A DNA stretch of 64,000 nt, taken from assembly GCA_964016885.1 (NCBI GenBank), contig OZ024741.1, positions 378,510,001 to 378,574,000 on the forward strand, read 5' to 3'. The position numbers were made by a program, and so were the translations under genes. This document shows, in pieces, positions 26,461 through 39,790 of this stretch. The stretch is from Eledone cirrhosa (taxonomy: Eukaryota). How positions within the stretch are numbered: position 1 is the stretch's first letter; the number at the start of each line of letters is the position of its first letter. Below the pieces are notes generated by a model. It worked only from the letters and a program-made list of their open reading frames with translations. It was not told where the DNA came from and made no database searches.

Positions 26461-28557
26461 TTACCGTACTTTTGGTAGAGGAGGGATGGTTTTTACATCC
26501 CTTTTCACTTGATCGTCTGGTGAAGGGACCGTTGAATCGTCCCTTCGGCTGGTCGTCGGCTCTTCTAAGAGAATGTCTGAGTATACTCTTCGATTGATGG
26601 TTCCTCCTATGTCCCTGAAATCACCAACTGCGTTGGGGAATTTCGTTTTAATATTTGTGTATTGTTTCTGTGCTATTTTTAGCAGTCTTATGTTAGTTGG
26701 CGTTTTGATTGGTGCTGGTATTATGTAGTCCTGTTGTGAAATGTCTGTGTGTTCAATTATGTAAGTCATTAGTTTCTTGTTGTGTGTATTTATTGCCGTG
26801 CATTTGTTTTTCTGGGGGTGGGGTGTGGTTCTGCTATTTTCTTGTCGTTGTTGCTGGGTGTGTGTGTTTTGTTGTTGTGTTTGCGATGTTGGTGCTTGTG
26901 GTGGTGGTGTTGAAGGTGTTGTTGGCGGTGGGGTTGTCGCCGGTGGTGATGGTGGCGCTAGTGTGGGTGGTGATGGTGTTGGTGTTGTTGCTGCTGTGGG
27001 TCTCTTTGCAGTAGACTTTACCCTTTTCTCATTTCTTTCCTCCCTTTTCAAAGGCGACGATGCGCTGCTTCTGCGTTTGTGCCTTCTTACGACCTTTTGC
27101 CATCTCTCTCCCACCTCACACTCCATGTCTGATTCTGTGAGGTCGGGGAGGGGTACCAACTCCACTCTTTCACTTGTTGTTGTTGGTGATGTTTGCACTG
27201 GAGTCTCTGTTGCAGCTGCATTTGGTATTGCTGTTGTTGTTGTTAGTATTTCCACTGCTGCTGCTGTTTTTGATTTCCGTGGAGTGGGTATGGGTGCCAC
27301 GGGCCTATCGTTCCTGGTTGCCGCTTGTCCTGTTGCTGGTAGCCGTGGAGCCGGATTCGGAAGGAGGGGGGTTTTCTCCTTTCTCAGGGTCTTCTCGTTG
27401 CAGAAGGCCCTGAGGTTAGTCTTCGATCCACAGCGAAAGCATTTCGGGCGTTTGCCCTCAACACTTATGGGCAGTTGAGTGCCGTTATCGAAGTCTATCA
27501 CATCCGGGATAGCTTCGATGCACTCCTGGTTGGTTTGGATTAGCATCTCAATGGAGGAGCCGACCCAATCTTCTCTTACTTTTTTCTGTACTTGCAGTAC
27601 AGTTGTTTTGTCCTCGATTCCGACGAGGACAGACGCGGCCAGCCAAGAAGGGGTCATTCCGGGGGGGACGTGGGTCAGTTTGACCCTCACAATTTTTTGC
27701 CCACAGTAGGAGGGCACCAACACCATTTCCTCGCTCCTTAGGGTCACTACTGATTGGGCCTTTGCCTCCTGGGGTGTGGCAAAAAGTACGTCTACGGTGG
27801 CATATTTTTTGCCTCGGGTGATGTGCGTTTTCCGCTGCCACACAGACCCCAAGGCTTTTTGTATTTGGGCCTCTGTGGCTCTTTCCACCCTACGGGATTT
27901 TGTACTTACTGTACGGTACGTGACCGTACAGTGCTCTTGGGTTTCGAAAAAATTTTTCGCTGCCTTGCAGATTGCTCGGTGTCCGTTCTTTGTCACCATC
28001 TTCTTCGCTTCCTCTAATTCCTCATTTGTTATGAGGATTGTTTCCAAGTTTTTCGCAATACCTGCAAATGAGATTGGTTTTTCTCTGCTGTTGTTGTTGA
28101 CGTCAGAGCTGCTGGTACTTTTGTTGTTGCGGCAGGTACTACGACTACTGCCTCCGCCGCTGTTGCTGTGGTTGTTGTTGGTGTTGCTGCTGCTAATGCT
28201 GTTGTTGTTTATGCTGCTGGTGATGCTGTTGCGGCTGCTACTGTTGTTTTCATTGTCACTGTTGCTGTTGTTATTACGGCTGCTACTGCTATTATTCCTG
28301 ACGTCAGACGAATGAACTGGGTTTTCGTATTTCCCGCACACCTGTTTCGTCGCTGTCGTCGTCGTCGTGGAGAAACCTTGCACGCTTTGCACGAGACTTT
28401 TCTTTTCTTTCGTCACTTGCGAAAGAGAAGGGAGGGAGAGAGACACATTTAAAGAAGGGAGGGAGAGAGACAATCTTCTCTCTGCTGTAGTGATGATTGA
28501 GGAAGAAGAAGACGGAATGAGTGGGAGTGACGTATGAAATTTCTTTTTCGTAGCCAT
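26461..28557 (-). CDS. ORF1 (gag-like nucleic-acid binding protein), 698 aa
   Basis: Position upstream of ORF2; S/N-rich N-terminus, putative RRM-like middle, knuckle CFRCGSKTNLRAFC, P/T-rich C-terminus, WQKVVRR motif; conserved in the second copy. Confidence 0.88.
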   Translation of the reverse strand: MATKKKFHTSLPLIPSSSSSIITTAERRLSLSLPSLNVSLSLPSLSQVTKEKKSLVQSVQGFSTTTTTATKQVCGKYENPVHSSDVRNNSSSSRNNNSNSDNENNSSSRNSITSSINNNSISSSNTNNNHSNSGGGSSRSTCRNNKSTSSSDVNNNSREKPISFAGIAKNLETILITNEELEEAKKMVTKNGHRAICKAAKNFFETQEHCTVTYRTVSTKSRRVERATEAQIQKALGSVWQRKTHITRGKKYATVDVLFATPQEAKAQSVVTLRSEEMVLVPSYCGQKIVRVKLTHVPPGMTPSWLAASVLVGIEDKTTVLQVQKKVREDWVGSSIEMLIQTNQECIEAIPDVIDFDNGTQLPISVEGKRPKCFRCGSKTNLRAFCNEKTLRKEKTPLLPNPAPRLPATGQAATRNDRPVAPIPTPRKSKTAAAVEILTTTTAIPNAAATETPVQTSPTTTSERVELVPLPDLTESDMECEVGERWQKVVRRHKRRSSASSPLKREERNEKRVKSTAKRPTAATTPTPSPPTLAPPSPPATTPPPTTPSTPPPQAPTSQTQQQNTHTQQQRQENSRTTPHPQKNKCTAINTHNKKLMTYIIEHTDISQQDYIIPAPIKTPTNIRLLKIAQKQYTNIKTKFPNAVGDFRDIGGTINRRVYSDILLEEPTTSRRDDSTVPSPDDQVKRDVKTIPPLPKVR

Positions 28558-28772
28558 GTTGTTTTTTGTTTAAAATGAAATTTGGGGTACAAAACCCCAA
28601 TAACTGATTATTTAACCCCGAAGGGCCAAATAACGGACAGAAAGACCCCTCTCACGAGGAGGAGGGTGTCTTTATCAACAATTTGGTTCAAGTTTTAAAC
28701 AATTTACAATTGTTTTAACGGTTAAAAATTACTATACCTTACAGAGCCGAGCCTCCGTCAACCATGGCATTC

Positions 28773-28802
<30 letters not shown>

Positions 28803-28804
<2 letters not shown>

Positions 28805-29149
28805 TTTATTTATTAACCACAATGGTTTACATAAAGTAGACATTAAGGACAGTACAGGACAATACAGGGCGTTACAAATGGGCATTTCTGCGTGTAAAAA
28901 AACAAGAAACAGAGGATGTAATAATAGAACAATGAAAACATTCCCCAATAGGGGGGAGACTTCCGAGGGACTTTGGTGGAGAAATCCCATTAAAAAGCCA
29001 CAGTTACCCTGACCACCAGGGCAAGTGCCCTCTCCCAGTTTTCCACCTTTAATTTACAGACACATACTCAGAGTAGGCCCATTCACTCGGGCCATTCTAG
29101 CCTCTCTCACCCATCTTTCAACAAAATGTTGGGAAGAGAGCACTTCCCT
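28803..29149 (-). mobile_element. 5'-truncated 3' fragment of the same Tx1-like family
   Basis: Aligns with 22756-23100; bounded by (AAT)10 and (AAT)4. Confidence 0.9.
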
Positions 29150-29161
29150 AATAATAATAAT

Positions 29162-32100
29162 GATTTATTTATAGGTCACAACGGCTGACATCAAGAAAAT
29201 TTATTACAGTCGGCACAGGACGGTACAGGACAGTACGATGTGGCTTTTGTGCGGGTAAATAGTTTTATTATTTATATAAGAAAAGAAAAAAAAGACAGAA
29301 ACATATATATATGTAAACAATAAAAATGAAAATTGAAACAATGAAAAATTCCCCAATAGGGGGGAACCTCCGAGGGTTACCAGTGGCGAAAACCACACAA
29401 AAGACCACGGCCACCCTGACCACCAGGGCAAGCACCCTCTCTCAATTTTTCCATTTCTCAAACTACAGGAGTATATTCAGAGCGGTCCCGTTCACTCGGT
29501 CCATTCTCGCTACATTCACGAACATTTCAACAAACTTGCTAGAAGGCAGCACTTGCCTCTCCACCCTGATTTTCCTCTTCAAGTGAAACTTGAAAAAGTT
29601 AATTAGGGATTCGCCGAAGAGGAAAGTGTCTGTCTTTAACCCTTTCAACCTTGTCCACCGCACAATCTCTTTCGCCATGATCACCATGCAGATGAGAACC
29701 GCCTGCCCTTCCTCCTCGAAGGAAGACGGCGAGACCCTCTGCACAATGGACTCAGTCTTACACGCAACAGCAACTGATCGACATAGTTCCACAAGTAAGC
29801 AATGCTCGGACACTGAACTAGTACGTGCACGACGGTTTCGTCACTCTGCAAGCATCTCGGACATGCTCGGCTCACGGCACTTCCGTGCCTGTAGATATTT
29901 TCTCGAACCGGCAACGCTCCCCGCTACCGGTGCCAGGTCAGGGATTTTTGGAAGTTATCCATAAGCTCTGTACTGAAAGTTCTCCAGAATAGGGGAAAAC
30001 AGCTGAGCTTCTTCGACGCCCAGGATCACCACGAGAACGTCGTCGCTCTTCCCCTCCACTAGTCCTCTATAGAACGCCGAGGTGGATGTTCTACCATTAC
30101 TGGTGCCCAGCTGGCATATGGCATTGAGCGTCTGGAGACATTCCAGTTTCCAAGCGCTATCCCCCGGTCTTTTCCTGACCCAGGACTGCAGCTGCGTCAA
30201 GGAACCGAGCTGTGGGAAAATGTGCCTGGCGAACGGCGACCACACCTGTGCACCGCCAAGGAAGCACCAGAGATAACGCAGCCTCAGCGCATGTTTGCGC
30301 ATCATCAACCATGGCATGCCTAGTACTCCACGCAAAGGGTGTTGACAGCAGACGGTTCGTCTGACCATGGGAGCGCTTCCTTTCCACAAAAAGCGGAAGA
30401 GGAGGCGCTCCATTTTGGTGAGAGTTGGACCGGGGCAAGGGACGACAGAGGCGATAGCAGATGACGGATGCAATCTACGCATTCGCCACCTCCACCCGGC
30501 CTTTCAGGGACAGCTTTCTCTCGGCCCATTTCTGGGTGAGGGAGTCCACCTTTCTCGTCACCTCGCTCCAGTTTTTCTCCATCTGGAAGTCCGGTCCGAA
30601 CCAGACACCGAGCAATTTAAGCAGTCCGTCCGTCCAGCGCCACACGACGCTGTCGGACGGCAGGGACTTGCCTCTCCAGGTTCCGAACTGCAAGCCCACC
30701 GACTTTTCCTGGTTTATCTTTGCTCCTGACACCGCTTCGTATTCCTTGAGTGTGATGCCGAGCATCTGGACGTGTCTGGTGGGCCACACCACCACGGCGA
30801 AGTCGTCGGCTCAAGCCGACTATGATTTTCTGCTTCCTGTTTCGCGTGGGACGCCATTCATCTCACCCAGTGTGTGTCGTAACGGCTCTAAAGTCAATAC
30901 GTACAAGAGGGACGATAGGGGACAACACTGGCGGACCTAGCACATGATGCTGAACGGCTGCAACAGGTGACAGTTCACCCTCAAATGAGCAGATGTCGCT
31001 GTACATCGCAGCGATCCAACCCCTGAAAAAAGGCCCTAAACCGGCTGCCTCGAGGACCGCCGTCATGTACCGATGGTCGACCCTATCGAATGTTTTGGAT
31101 TGATCCAACGTTGATCAGGGCTCCACCGTGCCAGGTTCTTTAACCACCCTCTCTATGATGCATCACATGAGGTGGAGGTTGTCATGTATGGATCTGTCCG
31201 AAATGGCGCAAGACTGCGCCTCTCCCACCAGACCCTTGACGACAAGCGCCAACCTCGTTGCTAACACCTTGACCAAAATCTTGAATTCTGCGTTTAGCAG
31301 AATTATGGGCCTGAAGTTATCGATAACATCCCCTTTTTCGGGTTTTTTTCTCAACAGCGCCACCGCTCACCGGCTCACAAAAGTGGGAATCCTCCCATTT
31401 TGCTACCAGTTGATGTAGACGTCTGCCAAGAGGTCACCGAACAAGTCTGGCATAAATGCATAAAGATCATAGGGCAGACCATCCACACCTGGCGATTTAC
31501 CCCTCGTGTAGTTAGCCATCGCTTCCCGTATTTCACCGTCTGTTATTGGCTTTTCGCCACACTGTGTTGCGGTCGTCGAGAGTCGAGGCAGTCCGTCGAG
31601 GTATGCACTGAAGTCTATGCCCCGATTAGGCCCGCGCCTGCTCCCGAACAGTTCAGCAAAGTACTGCTGAAAAGCCGCACACATCTGCTCGGGTTCGAGC
31701 AACACGTGCCCGTTCTGGTCAGCGAAAGAACGAATCGTGGATTTGTTGCCACTACGCCCCTCTCCCACCCGTGCCCTATGGACGGCTTTTGTTCCCTCGT
31801 GTTTCATAGCAGACGCTCTAGCTCTGACAACGCAGCCTTCGTGTTTTGCGTTGAATAATTCGCTGAGTGCCATTCTCGCCGCAAGCACGTCGGTTGCGAT
31901 GCCTGTCCTAAACGCCCCTTCTAGCTTTCTGACTAGCTCTCCCTCTACTCTATTTTCTTCTATCATTAGACTTTTGCTAAACCTTATCGACTCTACTTTA
32001 ATAGCCCTTTTCAGGGCGTACCACCACCTGTTGTTGTCGACCGCTCCCGTCAACGCCCGCTTAACTAATACGCTAATCCTGTCTCTGTGGGCCTTGCGCG

Positions 32101-34947
32101 CCGTGAAACACGCGTTCAGCTCCCAGTAACCGGTCCTTGTCTATGAAGTCTGTCTATGTCGATCTCATTGATCACAAATTTGTGGTCTGTGTAGTCGACT
32201 ATTTTAAATTGTGGACTACATATACTAGCATTATCTAGTTCTCTGGATAATACCCTATCGAGATACGATCTGGATGACCCAATGCGGTTTGTCCATGGCC
32301 ACATTGGCACATTCGAGTGATCCAGTCGATACCTGTCAGACAGTTCAAAACGTCTGAGCAGGTTGGTGAGGCTCTTGCACCCTCCTCCCCTATCCACTAG
32401 CCCCACACAATCCCAGCGTACATCCAAGATACCGTTCTAGTCTCCCACTAACACTAAAGAGCGGGACATTCCAAGAAAGGTCTCTAGATGTCTGAAGAAA
32501 TCTGGCCGTTCTGTCCCTGTGTGCGCATAGACGACTACTATCTTGAATGCGTTGTCTTCGGTGCCGCTTACGTGCAGCACCACCGACTACTGGGTCCAGG
32601 AAGATGGTCCGTATGGCGAGACCCAAGCCTTTCCGAAACAACACAGCCAGCACCGGACGGCTCGGAGATGCGTGCAACTCGTAACCGTCAAAGATCGGTG
32701 CGAAAGCTTCCGTTTACGACATTCTCGTCTTGTTGATGGCCACCACATCTATGTTTAGTGACCTGAGGTCGGTAAGCAAGTTACCCTGCTTCCAAACCGA
32801 GCTCAAGCCACGCACGTTTACACTTCCGATCCTGAATACGGCCATGTTGGGTGAGGAACGGGGCAAGTGAGAAAGGATCACTTACCTTGATCATGTGGTG
32901 AGGGGACCGTTGAATCGTCCCTTCGGCTGGTCGTCGGGTCTTCTGTGGGTATATCCGAGTATACTCTCCGGTTGAGTGTCCCTCCTAGGTCTCTGAAATC
33001 ACCAAATGCGTTGGTAAATTTCATTTTAAAGTTTGTGTATTGTTTCTGTGATATTCTTACCTGTCGTATGTTCGTTAGTGTTTTGATTGGTGCTGGTATT
33101 ATATAGTCGTGCTGTGAAATGTCCGTGTGTTCAATTATGTATGTCATTTGTTTCTTGTTGTGTGTATTGATTGCTGGGCATTTTTTTTTCTGGGGTGAGG
33201 TGTGCTTTGCTATTTTCTTGTCGTTGTTGCAGGGTGTGTCTGTTTTGTTGTTGCGTTTGCGATGTTTGTGGTGGTGTTGTTGAATGTGATTTTGTTGGCG
33301 GTGGGGCTGCCGCCGGTGGTGATGGTAGTGCTAGTGTGGGTGGTGTTGGTGGTGTTACTGCTGTAAGTCTCTTTGCAGTAGCCATCACCCTTTTTTCATT
33401 TCTTCCCTCCCTTTTCGAGGGCGACGATGCGCTGCTTCTCCATTTCTGCCTTCTTGCGACCTTTTGCCATCCCTCTCCCACCTCACACTCCATGTCCGAT
33501 TCTGTGAATCGGGGAGGGGTACCACCTCCACTCTTTCACTTGTTCTTGTTGGTGATGGTTACAGTGGAGTCTCTGTTGCAGATGCAGATGGGATTACTGT
33601 TGTTGTTGTTAATACTTCAACTGCTGCTGCTGTTCTTGATTTCCGTGGCGTGGTTATGGATGCCACGGAACTATCCTTCCTGCTTGCCGACTGTTCTGTT
33701 TCTGGTAGCAGTGGAGCCGGTTTCGGAAGGAGGGGGAGGGGTTTCTCCTTTCTCAGGGTCTTCTCATTGCAGAAGGCCCTGAAGTGAGTCTTTGACCCAC
33801 AGCGAAAGCATTTCGGGCGTTTGCCCTAAAAATGTATGTGAAGTTGAGTGCCATTATCGAAGTCTATCACATCCGGGATAGATTCGATGCTCTCCTGGTT
33901 GGTTTGAATTAACATCTCAATGGAGACGCCGACCCAATCTTCTCGTATTTTGTTTGGTACTTGCAGTACGGTTGTTCTGTCCTCTATTCCGACGCAGTAG
34001 GAGGGCACCAACACCATTTCTTCGCTCCTTAGGGTCATTAAGGATTGAGCCTTTGCCTCCTGGGGTGTGGCAAAAAGCACGTCCACGGTGGCATATTTCT
34101 TGCCTCGGATGATATGCGTTTTCCGCTGTCACACAGACCCTAAGGCTTTTTGTATTTGAGCCTCTGTGACTCTTTCAACCCTACGTTGCTTCCTCTAATT
34201 CCTCATTTGTTATAAGGATGGTTTCCAGGTTCTTTGCGATACCTGCAAACGAGATTGGTTTTTCTTTCTTGTTGTTGTTGTCAGAGCTGCTGTTACTCTT
34301 GTTGTTGCTGCTGTTGTTGTTGCTGTTGCTGCTGCTGATGTTGTTATTGATGTTGCTGCTGCTGTTGTTGTTGTTTATGCTGCTGCTGATTTTGTTGCGG
34401 CTGGTACTAGAATTTTCCTCGCCACTGTTGCTGATGCTGCTGTTATTACGGCTGCTGCTGCTATTATTCATGACGTCAGACGAATGAAATGGCTTTCCAT
34501 ATTTACCGCACACATCTTTCCCTGTTGTCGTCGTCGTGGAGAAATGTTCTATGGTACGCGCGTTCTCTTGATGAAGAACTCTACGAGAAACTACATTTTT
34601 CTTTTTCTTTAATGACGTCGCTTGCGAAAGAGGCAACAGAGGCGACACCACATTTAGAGAAGGGAGGGAGAGAGACAATCTTTTCTCTGACGTAATGACG
34701 ATTGGGGAAGAAAAAGGAGTGGGAGTGACTTGTGACAATTCTTTTTTGTAGCCATGTTTTTTACGGTTTAAAATTAATATGGGCACAAATCCCCCAAAAC
34801 TAGTTATATAACCCCGAAGGGCGAAATAACGGGCAGAAAGACCCCTCTCACGAGGAGGAGGGTGTGTTAACTACAATTTGGTGCAACTTTTAAACAATTT
34901 ACAATTGTTATAACGGTTAAACATTACAATACCTTACAGTCAACCAT
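29162..34947 (-). mobile_element. Near full-length, decayed Tx1-like LINE of a related subfamily
   Basis: Frameshifted homologues of ORF1 (about 32878-34756) and ORF2 (about 29463-32845); same 5'UTR hairpins; (AAT)n at both ends. Confidence 0.92.
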
Positions 34948-37037
34948 AATAATAATAATTAGTTTTAAGTGAACATGTCCCATGGGTCACGGGTGGTCGA
35001 AAATATATATAACGATGATTTACGAAATTCAATTTGAACTATTTAGTGTGAAATGATACAATACACGAATTATTGTGAAGATACGTACAACGAGCATCAC
35101 CGTTTCTTCAACATGGCATATTCGTACATATATGTTCAAGGGCATGTGGCTGATGATCAGTCTGCCTTTTCAGTTAACTATGCTAAAATAATCGAATGTG
35201 TTACTCGTGCTGGAACAATATAACACATATTTCTGTTAGGTTATACTGCTATTCATAATATTCTGAGTCATTTTGTCTATGAAAAGTTATGTTATTCATA
35301 TAAATGTTGCTCTACACTATAAAACACTGGACATTATTCAGTGGTAACAGCTACAATAACATGAATTTAAATCTTCTTTGTTTCTGAATTGAAGTTTCCT
35401 CTTTAAGGATAGTCAAATATTGTTGTGGACTGGATTTCAGTAATTGAGATTATCCACTCTCAGAATTGTAAATTTAAGGAAATGAAATTAAGTTGTTAAA
35501 CAGAGTTATGCTAATGTCCAGCAACATATAATGATCCAAGCAAACTAGAAGTTGCAATATAGCTTCAAAAAGAAAGTGAAACACGTTGATTTATTTCACT
35601 CACGTTGAATTTGTGCAGTTTTAACTCGATGCTTCTCTTTATATGCGCACATTTTGAATGCATTAATTACGCTTGATTGCGGCTACTTCAGCTAATGCTT
35701 TCATTTCTAAACTCATTTGTTATCCATCATTGTGCCATTTGTAGAATTACTGCTTCACCACGTCAAAAGTACTGCCTTTATTTTGCATTGAAACTGATTG
35801 TTTCATTACACTGATGTAACATCCATTAAGCTACATATTTTCCTCCTAGAACACTCAATTTGAAATATTCTGTTCGAAACTGTCATGCTAAAGAAAGAGT
35901 ACCTCCAAACATCATAGAAAATTCAATTCAGGAAACCTGCATTTGTATTTCAATAAAGTTAAGAACGATGGTTGCAAACGGATATTTTCAGCTGTAACAG
36001 AACTGCCATCTTAAATAGCTTTTCCCCCTTTATCTATTTATTATCATAGCCTAAAATAAATAGTTCTTTTAGATTAGAATTCTAAACAAGATTCCACGCT
36101 TTTGGTCGCTTCAGCTAACTGATATCTATCTGATCAGTTTGGAGAGGTTCCATCATGATTAACGGTACGTTTAGTTAATCTGTTTCCAAAACTCTACATA
36201 ACTATCCGCAATGTTAGTAGAAATACACCAAATAACTGAGAGCTAAGCAATGACGTTGAGATTTAATGCAACCATTTTCTCATTTTTCATCCCTCTCAAG
36301 ATTAACCTTCGTCGTTATTGCTAAAAGAATTGTTTTGAATAAATTGTGCTCCAAAATCTATTGTAGTCACTATTGGTAGGTGAATAGGTAAGAATGCTTT
36401 TGCTTATGTAGATTGATCAGCTCAACATATTACCTTTAACATAAGAAGGAAACTATTTTGACCACGTTTCGTCTGATGCATTTACGCCCTACAATTATTA
36501 CTTATTATCAATATAAATCACTTTAAGTTGCACATTTTATTATAGAAGTATTTCTTGTCAATGTCTGATTTAGCAAAACATATTATTCTATCAAATATGT
36601 ATTGATAACTAAATAAATTTCTTATGTTACATATATCGCAAAGTATATATTCAGAGTGAGGGATTACTTAATGAAATGTTGTGTGTTTTAACTCTGATAC
36701 CTAGATACGATTCTGTTAAACATATTTCCTTGTTCATATATACATTGTTAATTTTAAGATAATATTTTAATAAGAAGCCTTACCAATATAGTTTTCTTGA
36801 TAAATGCTTAAGCCTTAAACCCCCTCACCTCTGGAATACCAATAACAAGAGATAATTCTCTGTTTATTGATTAGATGGCTTTTGTGAGGCTTAGCTTAAT
36901 TAGCCGAGAACACATTCTGTGGATCGTGCATAAATTCATTTATGGTGTTAGATAGTATTTGACATTAATTTCACGCATATGAATGGAACACGCGAAACGT
37001 ACAGAATTCTGCAATAAGCCACCCATTTCCCATCCAC

Positions 37038-37068
<31 letters not shown>

Positions 37069-37132
37069 CGTATGGTGTTTATGCTTAATACAGACACACG
37101 CATACACTCACATGCACACAAACACGTGAGAG

Positions 37133-37227
<95 letters not shown>

Positions 37228-38454
37228 GTTTGATATGTGTAATAAAGCCAAAACAATGCAGGTATGGACATAGAAAAAAGAATGCAATTTTAACAGATAT
37301 TGTTGACAATTCGTCCTTTACCTTGAATTTATTTAAATGTCCTTAATTTTCGAAATAATATCTCTTCTTCAGAGGGAAATATATATATATATAAAACCAA
37401 GAAGTATAAGTCAGCAGGTTATAATTAACTTCGTTTATTCATAGTCGATGTTATGTATATTTGGGTGATAAGCCCTATGCATCAACTAAGACTAATGAGA
37501 CAGCTAGAATTTGATAGTCCTTTCTTACACATAAACCCAAGAATTAAATAAATGTTGAAATATAGATTAGATAATCGAACCTAACATTCGGTTTCTGATT
37601 AGTGGCTCATGACTACTGCTTTCTTAAACTTTCTTAAACTAATTAACGAAAGTATTTAATACCCATTAAAATCATTTAATAATACTGTATCGAGTGTAGT
37701 ATTTGATGTTAAAATTATTTCTAGTGTCACATAAAATGAACTCAAAAATAATACTATAGTACTGACGCATAAATGTTGCAGGCCTGCAACTATATATGAA
37801 GTAGAGTTTCCTAAATACTTCATCGTTGAAAGAGACAAGTCTTTTACAAATAAGACTGGTTTTAACGTAAATCGCACTTAGTGATCGTATTGCTTTCCCG
37901 ACTTGTAATAAATTGGCTGTTGACCATTCAAATTGTAAAGGTTATAGCATATAAAGAGAGAAAACAGGAGAAAACTAGATTCAAGTTAGATATAACGATA
38001 TGCAGGAAACGCATTATTTGATGGATGCATGAAAGCGTATTATAACGGGTATTAGTTTCATATTATCTGTTGATTACATTGGTCAATTATCAAAATGCAT
38101 CTGAGAGGATAGTAGTAATTTCCAACTAATTTTAGGTTGCTGATAATGAATAACAGGTTTAAAACTGTTTTTAGCACTAATTTTCAACATACATGTACGT
38201 GTCAAAGCTGGATCCAGCAGGCTTGCCTCAGTGTGTTTCTTACCACATGAACCGTCCCACCTCCCTTCAGTATTATTCCAGCAATGGCGGGAGGTGGTTG
38301 TGTTCTGCACGTTTATGTACTGAAGTGAATGATAGGTGATTTTCCAAGTCAAATCACTTTTGAACTTATAATGAATATTCATTGAGCAGGCTATTTATAT
38401 ACATGTGTGGCAACTTATATTAGTTTTATTTTCCTACTGAATGATGTTACTTTG

Positions 38455-39790
38455 ATGAAGCACACTCCTCTAGATATCTCATAACTCAAGGGGAAATACA
38501 TGACGTTGTCAGGTATCTACAACCATCGAAAAATAAGACATGGCTGCTATGCTCTCGTCTTCAACAATGGAATCTCCTAACAGCTGATGTGAAGATTTCA
38601 AATTTCATGACCGTCAGCAACAGTTCAGCAATCTCTTCATAATGGAAGGTGATTTGTTATCCTTCAGAAATATTAATGGTTTGATGGAAGCATTAGGTGT
38701 TGGATACGAACCCGGTCACTGGAGGTTGTTCACAGATTCATAAAAAACAGCCTGAAAGCTGCATAATGGCTAGATTAAACCATCAGTTGATGGGGACTAC
38801 GCATCATATATGAAAGAAATGCATGAGAATATAAAGCATTTGCCGCAATGCATAAAATATGATGAACATCAATGGCAGTTATGTGGTCGTTGCCCTTGTG
38901 ATGGGCTTGTAGGGCGGAAACATCAAATACAGCTGCATTATGTATGAATGGGACAGCCGCGCAAGGTTCCAACTACATAAGGAGAGACTGGCCACCTTAT
39001 TAGTCATAGGAGAGTGGGAAGAAAAATGTTCAACTGCCATCGCTCATTGAACCAAACAAAATGTTGCTACCACCATTACACATAAAAGAGGGTCCCATTA
39101 AAAGCTTCATAAAAACTATGCACAAATCAGGTCAGGGATTCAATTTTTTAACATCAAAATCCCCCTCACTGAGCGATGTTAAGGTAAACGAGAGAGTCTT
39201 CATCGGTCCTCATATTCGGGAGTCTCTTAAAGATGGTGACTTTAAATCAGCCCTTCATGTGGAGGAGAAAGCTGCTTGGGAAGCATTCAAGTTAATGGCG
39301 AAGGGATTTCTCTGAAACAGAAGGGAAGGAATCTATGAAGAATTGGTGGGAAACCTCATTAAGGCTTACAACATATGGGATGTAACGTATCACTTAATAT
39401 TAACTTTTTGTACTCCCATTTAGGCATTTCTCTAGCGAAATGTAGAGCAGTTAGTGATGATCATGGTGATAGGTTTCACCAAGATAATTCAACCATGGAA
39501 ATACGGTACCATGGCAAATGGAGCACAACAATCCTCCCAGACTATTGCTGGGCTTTGACAAAAGATGATTGTTCAGCACACTATTAGTGTCAAGCAACAG
39601 GTCAGATAATAGATACGGACTAGAACTTAAAACATAATGACACATATTGTACGTTATAATAACATAATAAAATATTATATTTCGTATATCTTTAAACCCA
39701 TAGCTAATAAACATTTATCAAGATGATATTTAGATTCGGAATTAAATAATCTCATTTAAAAAGCTCACAACATTTTTTTGCTCACACATT
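38455..39790 (+). mobile_element. Decayed DNA transposon, probably Chapaev-3 (CMC) transposase remnant
   Basis: LLCSRLQQWNLL, HWRLFTDS, LLPPLHIK, RVFIGPHIR, MGCNVSLNINFLYSHL, AVSDDHGDRFHQD, PDYCW; superfamily assignment from recalled motifs, not a search. Confidence 0.65.

Larger units (their letters stand above)
22756..28772 (-). mobile_element. Full-length Tx1/L1-clade LINE, both ORFs open
   Basis: About 215-nt 5'UTR, ORF1, 35-nt spacer, ORF2, about 250-nt 3'UTR; (ATT)n at both junctions. Confidence 0.92.

Noticed and set aside
26430-26470. GGTAAGT donor-like motif at the ORF1 stop in both Tx1 copies
   Set aside because: ORF2 has its own AUG 35 nt downstream and no matching acceptor was identified; not supportable without transcripts
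24021-28452. Antisense ORFs of 100-230 aa over the Tx1-like element
   Set aside because: Shadow ORFs of GC-rich or low-complexity coding sequence on the other strand
35000-38400. Search for host exons in the repeat-poor stretches (also 12400-14200 and 46900-49350)
   Set aside because: No long ORF or recognisable domain; small exons cannot be excluded without RNA data
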